A DNA stretch of 64,000 nt from an uncultured Bacteroidota bacterium (GCA_963766305.1 CAVYAE010000016.1:132592-196591); one strand, 5' to 3'. Counted from the stretch's first letter, positions 52,381 through 62,804 are shown. Notes: generated by a model from the letters alone, not told the origin. Translations and numbers: made by a program.

Positions 52381-54358
52381 TTATTGCTTATCATTTTGTT
52401 GATCTCTTTTTTGTTGTACTTCCATCTCTTCCTTTAGCGCAGCAAGTTCAGATATATCACCCAGAGTTGTCTTTTCCATATTACTCTTAGGCTTTTTGGC
52501 CGATTTCTTTATTTCCTCTGATGCAGCTTTCTTAGATGCATTTTCTTCAGCTTTTCTTGCATCTTCATATATTCTGCTATGGGACAGAATTATGCGTTTT
52601 GCCGACTTATTGAATTCAATTACTTTAAAATCAAGCTTTTCGTCAACTTTCGCTGTTGTACCATCTTCTTTTACTAAATGTTTTGGAGTAACAAAACCTT
52701 CAACTCCATATGGTAAAGCTATAACTGCACCTTTGTCAAATATTTCAATTACTGTACCTTCATGTGTAGAATCAACTGTAAATATCGTTTCAAATACATC
52801 CCATGGATTTTCTTCCAATTGCTTATGGCCTAAACTTAAACGACGATTTTCTTTATCTATTTCAAGAACAGTAACTTCAATTTCATCTCCAACCTGAGTA
52901 AATTCAGCAGGATGTTTGATTTTCTTTGTCCATGAAAGATCTGAAATATGAATCAGTCCATCAACACCTTCTTCTATTTCAACAAACACGCCAAAGTTAG
53001 TAAAGTTTCTGACTTTAGCCTTATGTTTCGATCCAATTGCGTAAATAGTTTCAATATTATCCCATGGGTCTGATTTGAGTTGTTTAATGCCAAGAGACAT
53101 TTTTCTTTCTTCCCGGTCGAGTGTCAAAATTACTGCTTCCACTTCATCGCCTACCTTAAGGAATTCCTGGGCACTTCTTAAATGCTGTGACCAGGACATT
53201 TCAGAAACATGGATTAATCCTTCAACTCCGGTTGCTATTTCAACAAAAGCTCCATAATCTGCTATTACAACAACTTTGCCTTTTACTTTGTCTCCAACTT
53301 TAAGATTTGCACTTAAAGATTCCCATGGATGAGGTGTAAGTTGCTTTAAACCTAAAGCTATTCTTTTCTTGGCATCATCAAAATCAAGTATAACAACATT
53401 GAGTTTTTGATCAAGCTGAACTATTTCTTCAGGGTGGTTAACTCGTCCCCATGAAAGGTCTGTTATATGAATTAAGACCATCCACACCACCAAGGTCAAT
53501 AAATACTCCGTAAGAAGTAATGTTTTTTACAGTACCTTCAAGTACCTGGCCTTTTTCAAGTTTAGCAATAATATCTTTCTTCTGTTGTTCCAGTTCGGCT
53601 TCTATAAGTGCCTTATGAGATACAACAACATTCTTGAATTCATGATTTATTTTAACAACCTTGAATTCCATTGTTTTACCAACAAATATATCGTAGTCCC
53701 TTATTGGTTTAACATCAATTTGGGAACCAGGCAGGAAGGCTTCAATGCCAAATACATCTACTATCATTCCACCTTTTGTACGGCATTTTATATATCCTTT
53801 AATTATTTCATCATTTTCCAGAGCAGCATTTACTCTGTCCCATGACCTCATTGCACGGGCTTTTTTATGTGAAAGCAGCAATTGTCCTTTTTTATCTTCC
53901 TGACTTTCAACGTAAATCTCAACCTTATCTCCAATTTTAAGATCAGGGTTATACCGGAATTCGTTCAGGCTTACAACACCTTCTGATTTGTACCCGATAT
54001 TAATTACAACTTCACGTTTATTCATTGCAATAACAGTACCATCAGTAACCTCATTTTCAACTATGGTTGAAAGTGTTTTATCATACATTTCTGAAAGTTC
54101 CTGCCTTTCTTCGGTGGAATATACATCCCATTTATTATTGTATTTACTCCAATCGAAATTTTCAAGTGAAATTTTTTCACTTTTTAATTTCAGAATATCT
54201 TCTGCAATTTCATCTGCTTCAGCTTCTATTATTTCATCTTCTTCTTCAAATGCATCTACTTGTTCTTCAGCATCAACATCTTCAGTTACAGTTTCATTTT
54301 CAACTGATATATTTTTATCTATCAGCTCATTTTCCAAATTGTTATTATTATCAGTCAT
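52381..54358 (-). pseudogene. rpsA: 30S ribosomal protein S1, split into two ORFs by a 1-nt insertion at about 53471..53476 (possibly an assembly error)
   Basis: ORF 53438..54358 carries an acidic N-terminal extension plus S1 domains 1-2 and half of domain 3. ORF 52381..53499 carries the rest of domain 3 and domains 4-6. The join GVDGL / IHITDLSWGR is restored by removing one A from coding-strand CTTAATTC. Confidence 0.85.
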
Positions 54359-54407
54359 TTAAAATAATTAATAATTAATAAGTTAGACAATATATTAATT
54401 CAAGCTG

Positions 54408-54415
54408 CAAAAGTA
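54408..54415 (-). promoter_or_regulatory. Candidate -7 promoter element (TACTTTTG) upstream of rpsA
   Basis: Minus-strand TACTTTTG matches the Bacteroidota TAnnTTTG consensus about 50 nt upstream of ATG 54358. I found no clear -33 TTTG partner. Confidence 0.25.
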
Positions 54416-54465
54416 TTATTTTATTTTTAAAAAAAACCAGAAATATTAAAAAATATCTTTTACAT

Positions 54466-54846
54466 TTACTGTGTTTTAGCTGCATTTAGTGCATTTTCAA
54501 TGCGTTCAAGCAAATCAACATTCATAAAAGGTTTTACAATGTAATCTGCTGCGCCGAGCTTAATGAAATTATTTTTAATAGATTTGCTTTCCGTCCCGGA
54601 TATTACAATAATTGGTACAAATCTGAACTGAGGGCTGAATTTTATTCTCCTTAATAATACTTTTCCATTAATATCAGGCATTTCCATATCAACGATTATT
54701 AAGTCAGGTATATTACCTGCATTTAACCAATCCAATGCTTCGAAGCCATCTCCTTTCAATTCAACTTCATACTTTTCATCAAGTATTTTATCTAATAAAA
54801 ATCTTATTGTTGCATCATCATCAATTACCAGAATTTTTTTCTTCAT
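54466..54846 (-). CDS. Single-domain response regulator (receiver only)
   Basis: MKKKILVIDDD, then LIIVDMEMPDINGK with the phospho-acceptor Asp context, then a conserved Lys in YIVKPF. The track ORF opens 10 codons earlier, at 54876. Confidence 0.85.
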   Translation of the reverse strand: MKKKILVIDDDATIRFLLDKILDEKYEVELKGDGFEALDWLNAGNIPDLIIVDMEMPDINGKVLLRRIKFSPQFRFVPIIVISGTESKSIKNNFIKLGAADYIVKPFMNVDLLERIENALNAAKTQ

Positions 54847-54966
54847 AATAACATTTGAGGTATAATAATTTTGCATACTTTTTACTAAAAGCTAATTTAC
54901 TTAAAAAATCCAGAAATTTTAATACTTTTGAAATGTTTTTTTATTTAATGTTAAATTAATGAATTA

Positions 54967-56292
54967 ATGAAAATTACAGTCGTTGGTACAGGCTATGTTG
55001 GTTTAGTTTCAGGTACATGTTTTGCAGAAACTGGAATTAATGTTATTTGTGTGGATATTAATCAGGATAAAATAGAAAGTTTAAACAGGGGGGAGGTTCC
55101 TATTTATGAACCTGGTTTAGAGCAGCTTATTTTAAGAAATAAAGAAAAGGGCAGACTTGGATTTTCAACTAATCTTAGAGAAAGTATTGTAGATTCAGAA
55201 GTGGTCTTAATTGCTGTAGGAACTCCGCCTGATGAAGACGGCAGTGCAGATCTTAAATATGTATTGGGCGTAGCCTCAGAAATAGGGCAATACATAGACC
55301 ATTATATGGTTATAATAAATAAAAGTACAGTACCAGTCGGCACTGCCCAAAAAGTAAAATCAGCTATTCAGCAGCAGATAGATAAGCGTGGGATAAATAT
55401 TGAATTTGATGTTGCAAGTAACCCGGAGTTTTTAAAGGAAGGTAACGCTATAGACGATTTTTTAAAACCTGACAGGATAGTAGTAGGAATTGATTCAGAA
55501 AAAGCTCAGAAAATAGTAAACAGTCTCTACAAACCATTTTTGTTAAATGGTCATCCGTTGTTATTTATGGATATTCCTTCGGCAGAAATGACAAAATATG
55601 CATCCAACGCCCTGTTGGCTACCAAAATAAGTTTTATGAACGATATAGCCAATTTATGTGAAATAGTAGGAGCGGATGTAAATTATGTAAGAAAGGGAAT
55701 AGGCAGCGATACAAGAATAGGAACCAAGTTTTTATATCCCGGAGTAGGTTATGGAGGCTCATGTTTCCCAAAGGATGTAAAAGCACTTATAAAAACAGGG
55801 AAGGATCATCAGTATTCTCTGGATATATTAAAAGCGGTGGAACTTGTTAATGAAAGGCAGAAAAACATATTATTTGAAAAGGTCACACAGCATTACGGTA
55901 ATAATCTGGAAGGAAAACAATTTGCAATATGGGGCCTGTCATTTAAACCACATACCGATGATATGAGAGAGGCACCATCCCTGGTAATTATAGACAGCTT
56001 ATTAAAGGCCAAAGCTCGTATAAAAGCCTATGATCCTGTTGCAATGAACGAAGCAAAGCATAAATTTGGTGACAGAATAGAATTTGAAAAAAATCCGTAT
56101 GATATTCTTTTAGATTCCGATGGCTTGTTAGTGATAACCGAATGGCCAGAATTCAGGGTACCAAATTATAAAATAATGGAAAGGTTAATGAAGCATAAGG
56201 TAATTTTTGACGGACGTAATATTTTTGAACCTTCAGAAATGAAAGAAATGGGATTTATTTATTATAGTATTGGCAGGCAAGTTGTTAATTAA
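54967..56292 (+). CDS. ugd: UDP-glucose 6-dehydrogenase
   Basis: 441 aa with the N-terminal Rossmann motif [10 protein letters not shown] and the catalytic Cys in [10 protein letters not shown]. Confidence 0.95.
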   Translation: MKITVVGTGYVGLVSGTCFAETGINVICVDINQDKIESLNRGEVPIYEPGLEQLILRNKEKGRLGFSTNLRESIVDSEVVLIAVGTPPDEDGSADLKYVLGVASEIGQYIDHYMVIINKSTVPVGTAQKVKSAIQQQIDKRGINIEFDVASNPEFLKEGNAIDDFLKPDRIVVGIDSEKAQKIVNSLYKPFLLNGHPLLFMDIPSAEMTKYASNALLATKISFMNDIANLCEIVGADVNYVRKGIGSDTRIGTKFLYPGVGYGGSCFPKDVKALIKTGKDHQYSLDILKAVELVNERQKNILFEKVTQHYGNNLEGKQFAIWGLSFKPHTDDMREAPSLVIIDSLLKAKARIKAYDPVAMNEAKHKFGDRIEFEKNPYDILLDSDGLLVITEWPEFRVPNYKIMERLMKHKVIFDGRNIFEPSEMKEMGFIYYSIGRQVVN

Positions 56293-56297
56293 ACAGA

Positions 56298-57233
56298 ATG
56301 AAGAGAATATTAATTACGGGAGGAGCAGGATTTATAGGTTCACATTTATGTGAAAGATTATTAAATGAAGGGAATGATATAATTTGTCTTGATAACTATT
56401 TTACAGGAACAAAGGAAAATATAGTACAATTAATAGGTAATCCGCATTTTGAATTGGTCAGGCATGATGTTATATCCCCATATTTTGCGGAAATTGATGA
56501 AATATATAATCTGGCCTGTCCGGCGTCACCTATTCATTATCAGTATAATGGCATAAAAACCATAAAAACATCAGTTATGGGGGCTATAAATATGCTTGGG
56601 CTGGCAAAAAGGATCAACGCTAGGATACTTCAGGCCTCAACAAGTGAAGTATACGGAGATCCGTCAGTACATCCCCAGACTGAAGACTACTGGGGAAACG
56701 TTAATCCTATAGGTGTGCGGTCCTGTTATGATGAAGGAAAGCGATGTGCCGAATCCTTATTTATGAATTACCATAATCAAAATAATGTAAAGATTAAAAT
56801 AATAAGAATATTCAATACTTATGGTTCAAGAATGAATCCAAATGACGGTCGTGTTGTATCAAATTTTATTGTACAGGCATTGCAGCATAAGGATCTGACA
56901 ATATATGGAGATGGTAATCAGACGCGCAGTTTTCAGTATGTTGACGACCTTATTGAAGGCATGATAAGATGTATGGGTACCAGGGACAGTTTTATTGGTC
57001 CGGTAAATATTGGAAATCCTGTTGAGTTTACAATTATGGAACTGGCTAACCTGATAATCAGAATGACAAAATCAAAATCAAAATTAGTAACACTTCCATT
57101 GCCTATGGATGATCCTATTCAACGAAAACCAGATATCAGCCTTGCAAAATCTGAACTAGGCTGGGAACCTAAAATATCCCTTGAAGAAGGTCTTGGAAAG
57201 ACTATAGATTATTTCAGGAAACTTTTAAGTTAA
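56298..57233 (+). CDS. uxs: UDP-glucuronate decarboxylase (UDP-xylose synthase)
   Basis: 311 aa SDR with [16 protein letters not shown] and the YDEGKR active-site segment typical of UXS. Confidence 0.85.
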   Translation: MKRILITGGAGFIGSHLCERLLNEGNDIICLDNYFTGTKENIVQLIGNPHFELVRHDVISPYFAEIDEIYNLACPASPIHYQYNGIKTIKTSVMGAINMLGLAKRINARILQASTSEVYGDPSVHPQTEDYWGNVNPIGVRSCYDEGKRCAESLFMNYHNQNNVKIKIIRIFNTYGSRMNPNDGRVVSNFIVQALQHKDLTIYGDGNQTRSFQYVDDLIEGMIRCMGTRDSFIGPVNIGNPVEFTIMELANLIIRMTKSKSKLVTLPLPMDDPIQRKPDISLAKSELGWEPKISLEEGLGKTIDYFRKLLS

Positions 57234-57330
57234 AAGGGATTAATGATGGTAAGTGACTGATTACTTTTGAATTAGTTTATGAAGCTGATATGGTTGATAA
57301 AGTTTATATAATTATACCACACACACTGCA

Positions 57331-58224
57331 ATGAAAGGAATTATTCTCGCGGGCGGATCAGGAACCCGGCTTTATCCTATTACAAAAAGTATTTCAAAGC
57401 AAATTATTCCTGTTTATGATAAACCTATGATATATTATCCTCTGTCAGTGCTTATGCTTGCAGGAATAAGGGATATTCTTATTATTTCTACTCCAAAGGA
57501 TATACATTTATATATAGATCTTTTAAAAGATGGTAAGCAATTCGGAATTAATTTAACTTATGAGATTCAGCCTTCTCCTGATGGATTGGCACAAGCTTTT
57601 CTGATAGGTGAAAAATTTATAGGAGATGATAACGTGTGTTTGGTACTTGGCGACAATATTTTTTATGGGTACGGATTTGGGAAAATACTTACAGAAACAG
57701 CACTAACAGAAGACGGTGCAGTCATTTTCGGTTATTATGTAAAAGATCCTGAACGCTATGGAGTGGTGGAATTTAACTCAGAGGGTCATGTGCTTAGTAT
57801 TGAAGAAAAACCTCTCAAAGCTAAATCAAATTATGCAGTTACTGGTTTATATTTTTATAGTAACGATGTTATTGAAAAGGCAAAATCTCTCAGACCATCC
57901 TCTCGCGGAGAGCTTGAAATTACTGATCTTAATCGTTTGTTTCTCGAAGAAAACCGTTTAAGAATAGAATTATTGGGACGTGGTATGGCCTGGTTGGATA
58001 CCGGTACGCATGAAAGTCTCCTACAGGCCTCCAACTTTATTTATACAATAGAAGAACGGCAGGGACTGAAGGTTGCATGTCTGGAAGAAATTGCTTTTAA
58101 CAGAGGGTTTATTAATAAAAAACAACTTTTGGAATTGGCACAACCACTTATAAAAAATCAGTATGGGGAATATCTTCTTAAAATTGCAAATGAGGAAATT
58201 GTTACAGTTGGAAATTCCCTATAA
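57331..58224 (+). CDS. rfbA: Glucose-1-phosphate thymidylyltransferase
   Basis: 297 aa with the N-terminal motif [16 protein letters not shown]. Confidence 0.95.
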   Translation: MKGIILAGGSGTRLYPITKSISKQIIPVYDKPMIYYPLSVLMLAGIRDILIISTPKDIHLYIDLLKDGKQFGINLTYEIQPSPDGLAQAFLIGEKFIGDDNVCLVLGDNIFYGYGFGKILTETALTEDGAVIFGYYVKDPERYGVVEFNSEGHVLSIEEKPLKAKSNYAVTGLYFYSNDVIEKAKSLRPSSRGELEITDLNRLFLEENRLRIELLGRGMAWLDTGTHESLLQASNFIYTIEERQGLKVACLEEIAFNRGFINKKQLLELAQPLIKNQYGEYLLKIANEEIVTVGNSL

Positions 58225-58252
58225 TAAATTCCGATAAACTATTTTATTAAAA

Positions 58253-58825
58253 ATGAATATTACACAAACAGATTTACCGGGTTTATTCATTATAGAGCCT
58301 AAAGTTTATGAAGATCCCCGTGGCTATTTTTACGAAAGTTATAATGAGGCAAAAATGTCTGAAAGAGGGCTGACTGCAAAATTTATTCAGGATAACCAGT
58401 CTAAATCATCATATGGAGTCATCAGAGGTCTGCATTATCAGTTATCTCCTCATGCACAGACAAAACTTGTAAGAGTACTTGAAGGTTCAGTTTTAGATAT
58501 AGTAGCTGATTTAAGGGTAGGATCACCTACCTTTGGTAAAACATTCAGTATTGAACTTACTTCGGAAAATAAAAAGCAATTATATGTACCTAAAGGATTT
58601 GCACACGGATTTTCAGTTCTGAGCAATACAGCCGTAGTCTTTTATAAATGCGATTATTTATATACCCCTTCAGCTGAGGGAGGTATACTTTACAATGATC
58701 CGGCTTTAAATTTAAACTGGAACGTTCCCTCATCTTCTGCAAATGTTTCTGAAAAAGACAATAAATTACCAACATTAAAGGATGCTTTTTTTAATTTTAC
58801 ATATTCGGAATATAATGACAAATGA
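58253..58825 (+). CDS. rfbC: dTDP-4-dehydrorhamnose 3,5-epimerase
   Basis: 190 aa with PRGYFYESY, RGLHYQ and GFAHGF motifs. Confidence 0.95.
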   Translation: MNITQTDLPGLFIIEPKVYEDPRGYFYESYNEAKMSERGLTAKFIQDNQSKSSYGVIRGLHYQLSPHAQTKLVRVLEGSVLDIVADLRVGSPTFGKTFSIELTSENKKQLYVPKGFAHGFSVLSNTAVVFYKCDYLYTPSAEGGILYNDPALNLNWNVPSSSANVSEKDNKLPTLKDAFFNFTYSEYNDK

Positions 58826-58853
58826 CAGATTACTAATGACTAAAAGATTTTAT

Positions 58854-59120
58854 AAATCAATTATTAATTGTCAATTTTCAATGATACCAATTAAATCAAT
58901 TAATTATCATTGGAAATCGACAATACCTTAAAAATAAATTATTAATTGTCAATTATACCTGATACTATTAAAATCAATATTTTATCAGGTGTAATCGACA
59001 ATACCTTAAAAATCAATTATTAATTGTCAATTATACCTGATACTATTAAAATCAATATTTTATCAGGTGTAATCGACAATACCTTAAAAATCAATTATTA
59101 AATTGTCAATTTTCAATTAA
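58854..59120. repeat. Phased 78-bp tandem repeat (about 3.4 copies) filling the rfbC-rfbD intergenic gap; the two central copies each carry a hairpin
   Basis: The marker string attattaattgtc recurs at 58860, 58938 and 59016, and with a 1-nt insertion at 59094, giving an exact 78-nt period. Copies at about 58932..59009 and 59010..59087 differ by one base that I can see. Hairpins acctgata/tatcaggt lie at 58957..58990 and 59035..59068. Confidence 0.9.
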
Positions 59121-59981
59121 ATGAATATTCTTGTTACAGGAGCTTATGGTCAGCTTGGCAGCGAACTGAATATATTATCAAAATCTACTGAGGATTTTCA
59201 TTTTTATTTTACCGACGCTGATACCCTGGACATTACTGACAAAAATGCACTCGCCGGATTTTTAAGTAAAAATAAAATTGTATACGTGGTAAATTGTGCA
59301 GCATATACAGCTGTAGACAAGGCTGAAAATGAAACAGACAAAGCCAGACTTATTAATAGTGAAGCCGTTAAAAATATAGTTACTGAAGGTGCAAAACGGA
59401 ATATTAAATTTATTCATATTTCAACCGATTATGTATTTGATGGTAATGCCTTTACACCTTACTCGGAAGAAATTAATCCAAATCCACAATCAGCCTATGG
59501 TTTAACCAAACTGGAGGGGGAAAAAGTGGCACTTTCCTATGAAAATTCAATAATATTAAGAACTTCATGGCTATATTCTTCATTCGGGAATAATTTTGTT
59601 AAAACCATGCTTCGTCTTGGAAAGGAAAGGAGTGAAGTTAAAGTAGTTTTTGATCAGATAGGAACACCAACTTATGCAGGAGATCTGGCTGAAGCAATAT
59701 TAAAAATTATTAATTTTACTGAAAATAAAGCATTTCTTCCCGGCATATATCATTTTTCAAATGAAGGGGTTTGCAGCTGGTACGACTTAGCTTGGGAAAT
59801 AATGAATTATTCTAATTTAAATTGTAAGGTAATACCTATATTATCAAGCGAATACCCAACATTAACCAAAAGGCCATATTTCAGTGTCCTTAATAAAAAT
59901 AAATTAAAAGCATGTTTTAATTTAGAAATTCCCTATTGGAAAACAAGCCTTTACAAGTGTCTGTCTATTTTAAATAATTAA
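59121..59981 (+). CDS. rfbD: dTDP-4-dehydrorhamnose reductase
   Basis: 286 aa with the N-terminal motif ILVTGAYGQLG and the STDYVFDG motif. Confidence 0.95.
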   Translation: MNILVTGAYGQLGSELNILSKSTEDFHFYFTDADTLDITDKNALAGFLSKNKIVYVVNCAAYTAVDKAENETDKARLINSEAVKNIVTEGAKRNIKFIHISTDYVFDGNAFTPYSEEINPNPQSAYGLTKLEGEKVALSYENSIILRTSWLYSSFGNNFVKTMLRLGKERSEVKVVFDQIGTPTYAGDLAEAILKIINFTENKAFLPGIYHFSNEGVCSWYDLAWEIMNYSNLNCKVIPILSSEYPTLTKRPYFSVLNKNKLKACFNLEIPYWKTSLYKCLSILNN

Positions 59982-59992
59982 AATTAAATATA

Positions 59993-61744
59993 ATGAATAA
60001 CCAGGAGTTACTAATAAAAGTTATCGAAAGAGCTAAAGTTTGGTTATCAGATAGTTATGATAAACAAACCAGGGAAGCTGTACAAAATTTACTAGACAAT
60101 AATGAAAATGAACTTATTGAAAGTTTTTATCAAAATCTGGAGTTTGGAACCGGTGGTCTTCGGGGTCTTATGGGAGTTGGCACCAACAGAATGAATATAT
60201 ATACTGTTGGTATGGCAACTCAGGGATTGAGTAATTATTTGTTGAAGGAATTTTCACAACTTTCTGAAATAAAAGTTGCAATAGCTCACGACTGCAGGAA
60301 TAACAGCCGATTATTTGCAGAAACTGCAGCCGGAATTTTTGCAGGAAATGGATTCAAAGTTTATTTGTTCGATTCATTAAGACCTACTCCTGAACTGTCT
60401 TTTGCAATCCGATACCTTAAATGTCAGAGTGGAATAGTGTTAACTGCTTCTCATAACCCAAAGGAATATAACGGATATAAAGCTTATTGGGATGATGGTG
60501 GACAGGTAGTACCTCCGCATGACGGAATGATAATTGAGTATGTTAATAAGATAAAGGGAATAGAAGAAATCAAATTCAACGGACCAAAAGATAAAATTAA
60601 TATCATTGGCAGTGAAATAGATGAAATATATACAGATGAGATTAAAAAACTGTCACTTTCACCTGAGGTAATTCAGCGCAACAGCGATATGAAAATAGTT
60701 TATACACCTTTACATGGCACAGGAGTAAAACTTGTGCCCATGGTGCTTAAGAAATTCGGATTTAAAAACATAATTCATGTTCCCGAGCAGGATGTTTCTG
60801 ACGGTAATTTTCCTACAATTATATCTCCCAACCCCGAGGAATCTGCAGCTCTTAATATGGCTATTATTAAAGCCAGGGAAACAGGTGCTGACCTGGTTAT
60901 GGCGACGGATCCTGATGGAGACAGGGTTGGCCTTGCCTCCAGAAATAAAAATAACGAAATGGCCTTGCTGAATGGTAATCAGTCAGCTTCCATACTTATT
61001 TATTATTTGCTTACAAAGTGGAAAGAAAAGGGTAAGCTTCATGGTAAGGAATATGTTGTTAAGACAATTGTTACAACGGAGTTAATAGCTGAAATGGCAA
61101 AATCATTTGATGTAAGGATTTATGATGTACTTACAGGTTTTAAATATATAGCTGAAATTATAAAACTTAACGAAGGAAAGGCAAGCTTTATAGGAGGAGG
61201 AGAGGAGAGCTACGGTTATCTGACCGGTGAGTTTGTCCGTGACAAGGATGCAGTAATGGCTTGTGCCATGCTGGCTGAAGCTGCTGCCTGGGCAAAGGAC
61301 CAGGGAAAAACAATGTTTGGACTATTGCTGGATATTTATAAAAAATACGGATTCTTCAAGGAATCTTTATTGTCTGTTACCAAAAAAGGCAAGGAAGGAG
61401 TTGAAGCAATTCAGATTATGATGGATAATTTCAGAAAAAAACCGCCCGTAAGCCTTAATAAATCAGATGTTGTTCAGATTAACGATTATGAATCAGGCAT
61501 TGCACATAATCTTGAGAAAGGGACCAAAGAACATATTGATCTTCCAAAGGCAAATGTTTTACAGTTTTTTACCAGGGATGGTTCCAAAGTGTCAATAAGG
61601 CCATCCGGTACCGAACCCAAAATTAAATTTTATTTCGGGGTAAAGGAGCATTTTGAAAAGGAAGAGAATTTTGAAAATGTAAACAAACAAGCCGGTGATA
61701 AAATTCAGAATATAATTAAGGATCTTAACTTAAATTCGAATTGA
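59993..61744 (+). CDS. Phospho-sugar mutase (phosphoglucomutase/phosphomannomutase family)
   Basis: 583 aa with the active-site Ser loop TASHNPKEYNGYK and the Mg-binding motif DPDGDR. Confidence 0.9.
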   Translation: MNNQELLIKVIERAKVWLSDSYDKQTREAVQNLLDNNENELIESFYQNLEFGTGGLRGLMGVGTNRMNIYTVGMATQGLSNYLLKEFSQLSEIKVAIAHDCRNNSRLFAETAAGIFAGNGFKVYLFDSLRPTPELSFAIRYLKCQSGIVLTASHNPKEYNGYKAYWDDGGQVVPPHDGMIIEYVNKIKGIEEIKFNGPKDKINIIGSEIDEIYTDEIKKLSLSPEVIQRNSDMKIVYTPLHGTGVKLVPMVLKKFGFKNIIHVPEQDVSDGNFPTIISPNPEESAALNMAIIKARETGADLVMATDPDGDRVGLASRNKNNEMALLNGNQSASILIYYLLTKWKEKGKLHGKEYVVKTIVTTELIAEMAKSFDVRIYDVLTGFKYIAEIIKLNEGKASFIGGGEESYGYLTGEFVRDKDAVMACAMLAEAAAWAKDQGKTMFGLLLDIYKKYGFFKESLLSVTKKGKEGVEAIQIMMDNFRKKPPVSLNKSDVVQINDYESGIAHNLEKGTKEHIDLPKANVLQFFTRDGSKVSIRPSGTEPKIKFYFGVKEHFEKEENFENVNKQAGDKIQNIIKDLNLNSN

Positions 61745-61827
61745 AAAATTAAATTTCAAAATATCCAACCTTTTCTTTTTTTTTAGCACTTTGATATTGT
61801 ATTACAATATTCAAATAAATCGGCTAT

Positions 61828-62049
61828 ATGAAAAAGAAAATATTAGTGGTTTGCTCATTAATTCTATTTTTATTAACAAATGTATCTCTATCCGGTCAGG
61901 ATAGCGTTTTGGTTATAAAAAAGAATACAAGCGGGAAAGAAATTTATTTACAACACGGTACAAACCTTAACATTACTTGTAAAGATGGCCATATTTTTAA
62001 TGGGTATCTTGAAGTTCATAATAATCGGGTATTCTTATTTGATAAATAA
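61828..62049 (+). CDS. Small secreted protein of unknown function (frame continues past an in-frame TAA to 62145)
   Basis: 73 aa with a signal peptide. After TAA 62047..62049 the same frame reads 31 further sense codons, RWGKLKGLEVTISVDSIKQISFINEEANFFK, before a second TAA. Confidence 0.4.
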   Translation: MKKKILVVCSLILFLLTNVSLSGQDSVLVIKKNTSGKEIYLQHGTNLNITCKDGHIFNGYLEVHNNRVFLFDK

Positions 62050-62157
62050 AGATGGGGTAAATTAAAAGGACTTGAAGTAACAATTTCAGTTGATAGTATT
62101 AAGCAAATTTCGTTTATAAATGAGGAGGCAAATTTTTTTAAATAATTAAAATGAAAC

Positions 62158-62574
62158 ATGAAAACTTACAGACAGGAATTATGGTTTGAAACCCCTACCC
62201 GGAGGGCATTTATAAACATAACCAATAAAGTTGAAAAATGTCTTCATGAAAGTGGAATCAAAGAAGGCTTAATACTTATAAACGCGATGCATATAAGTGC
62301 AAGTGTGTTTATAAATGATGATGAAAGCGGGCTACATCACGATTTTGAAGTATGGCTGGAGAAACTTGCACCTGAAAAGCCTTACAGTCAATATAGACAT
62401 AATGGATTTGAAGATAATGCCGATGCACATTTAAAACGTCAGATAATGGGCAGGGAAGTTGTTGTCGCTGTTACTGATGGTAAATTGGACTTTGGCCCTT
62501 GGGAGCAAATTTTTTATGGAGAGTTCGATGGAATGCGTAAAAAAAGAGTATTAGTTAAAATAATTGGTGAATAA
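62158..62574 (+). CDS. yjbQ: YjbQ/UPF0047 family protein (secondary thiamine-phosphate synthase family)
   Basis: 138 aa. Segments [21 protein letters not shown] and [13 protein letters not shown] are typical of YjbQ. Confidence 0.85.
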   Translation: MKTYRQELWFETPTRRAFINITNKVEKCLHESGIKEGLILINAMHISASVFINDDESGLHHDFEVWLEKLAPEKPYSQYRHNGFEDNADAHLKRQIMGREVVVAVTDGKLDFGPWEQIFYGEFDGMRKKRVLVKIIGE

Positions 62575-62804
62575 CAAGCTCATTATAATTTTATTATAAA
62601 TATCCGGATATTAGATAGGCAAAATCTCCTTTGTATATACAAATACCTGACTTTCTCTTTTCCACTTTCAATGAGATATTTATCCACCTGCGATTGATGT
62701 TCACATATGCCCTGCTGGTAGGCGTCTCAAACAACAATTCCTTTCAGATTGATTTTATAATGCACTAAATTTCTGTGGTATAGTAATATTGAAACAATAA
62801 ATGT

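Noticed and set aside
52496-52897. Plus-strand 133-aa ORF inside the C-terminal half of rpsA
   Set aside because: It is antisense to well-supported S1 domains 5-6 and has no recognisable motifs. It is a typical shadow ORF.
53465-53480. Programmed +1 ribosomal frameshifting as the explanation for the rpsA split (CUU-A, reminiscent of prfB CUU-UGA) and for the GH89 split (AAC-UGA-A)
   Set aside because: In rpsA the 0-frame A-site codon is a common AAU, not a stop or rare codon, and I see no upstream Shine-Dalgarno-like stimulator. In the GH89 gene the P-site codon AAC cannot re-pair in the +1 frame. I kept this only as a minor alternative within the findings.
53988-54378. Plus-strand ORFs 53988..54362 (124 aa) and 54067..54378 (103 aa), Ser/Leu-rich
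   Set aside because: They are antisense to the acidic N-terminal extension of rpsA. Their low-complexity Ser/Leu composition is the mirror image of GAA/GAT-rich coding sequence. The rpsA frame has clear homology and these do not.
58854-59120. Possibility that the 78-bp tandem repeats are a CRISPR array
   Set aside because: The copies are directly adjacent with no unique spacers between them. The unit is far longer than CRISPR repeats, and no cas genes are present in the window.
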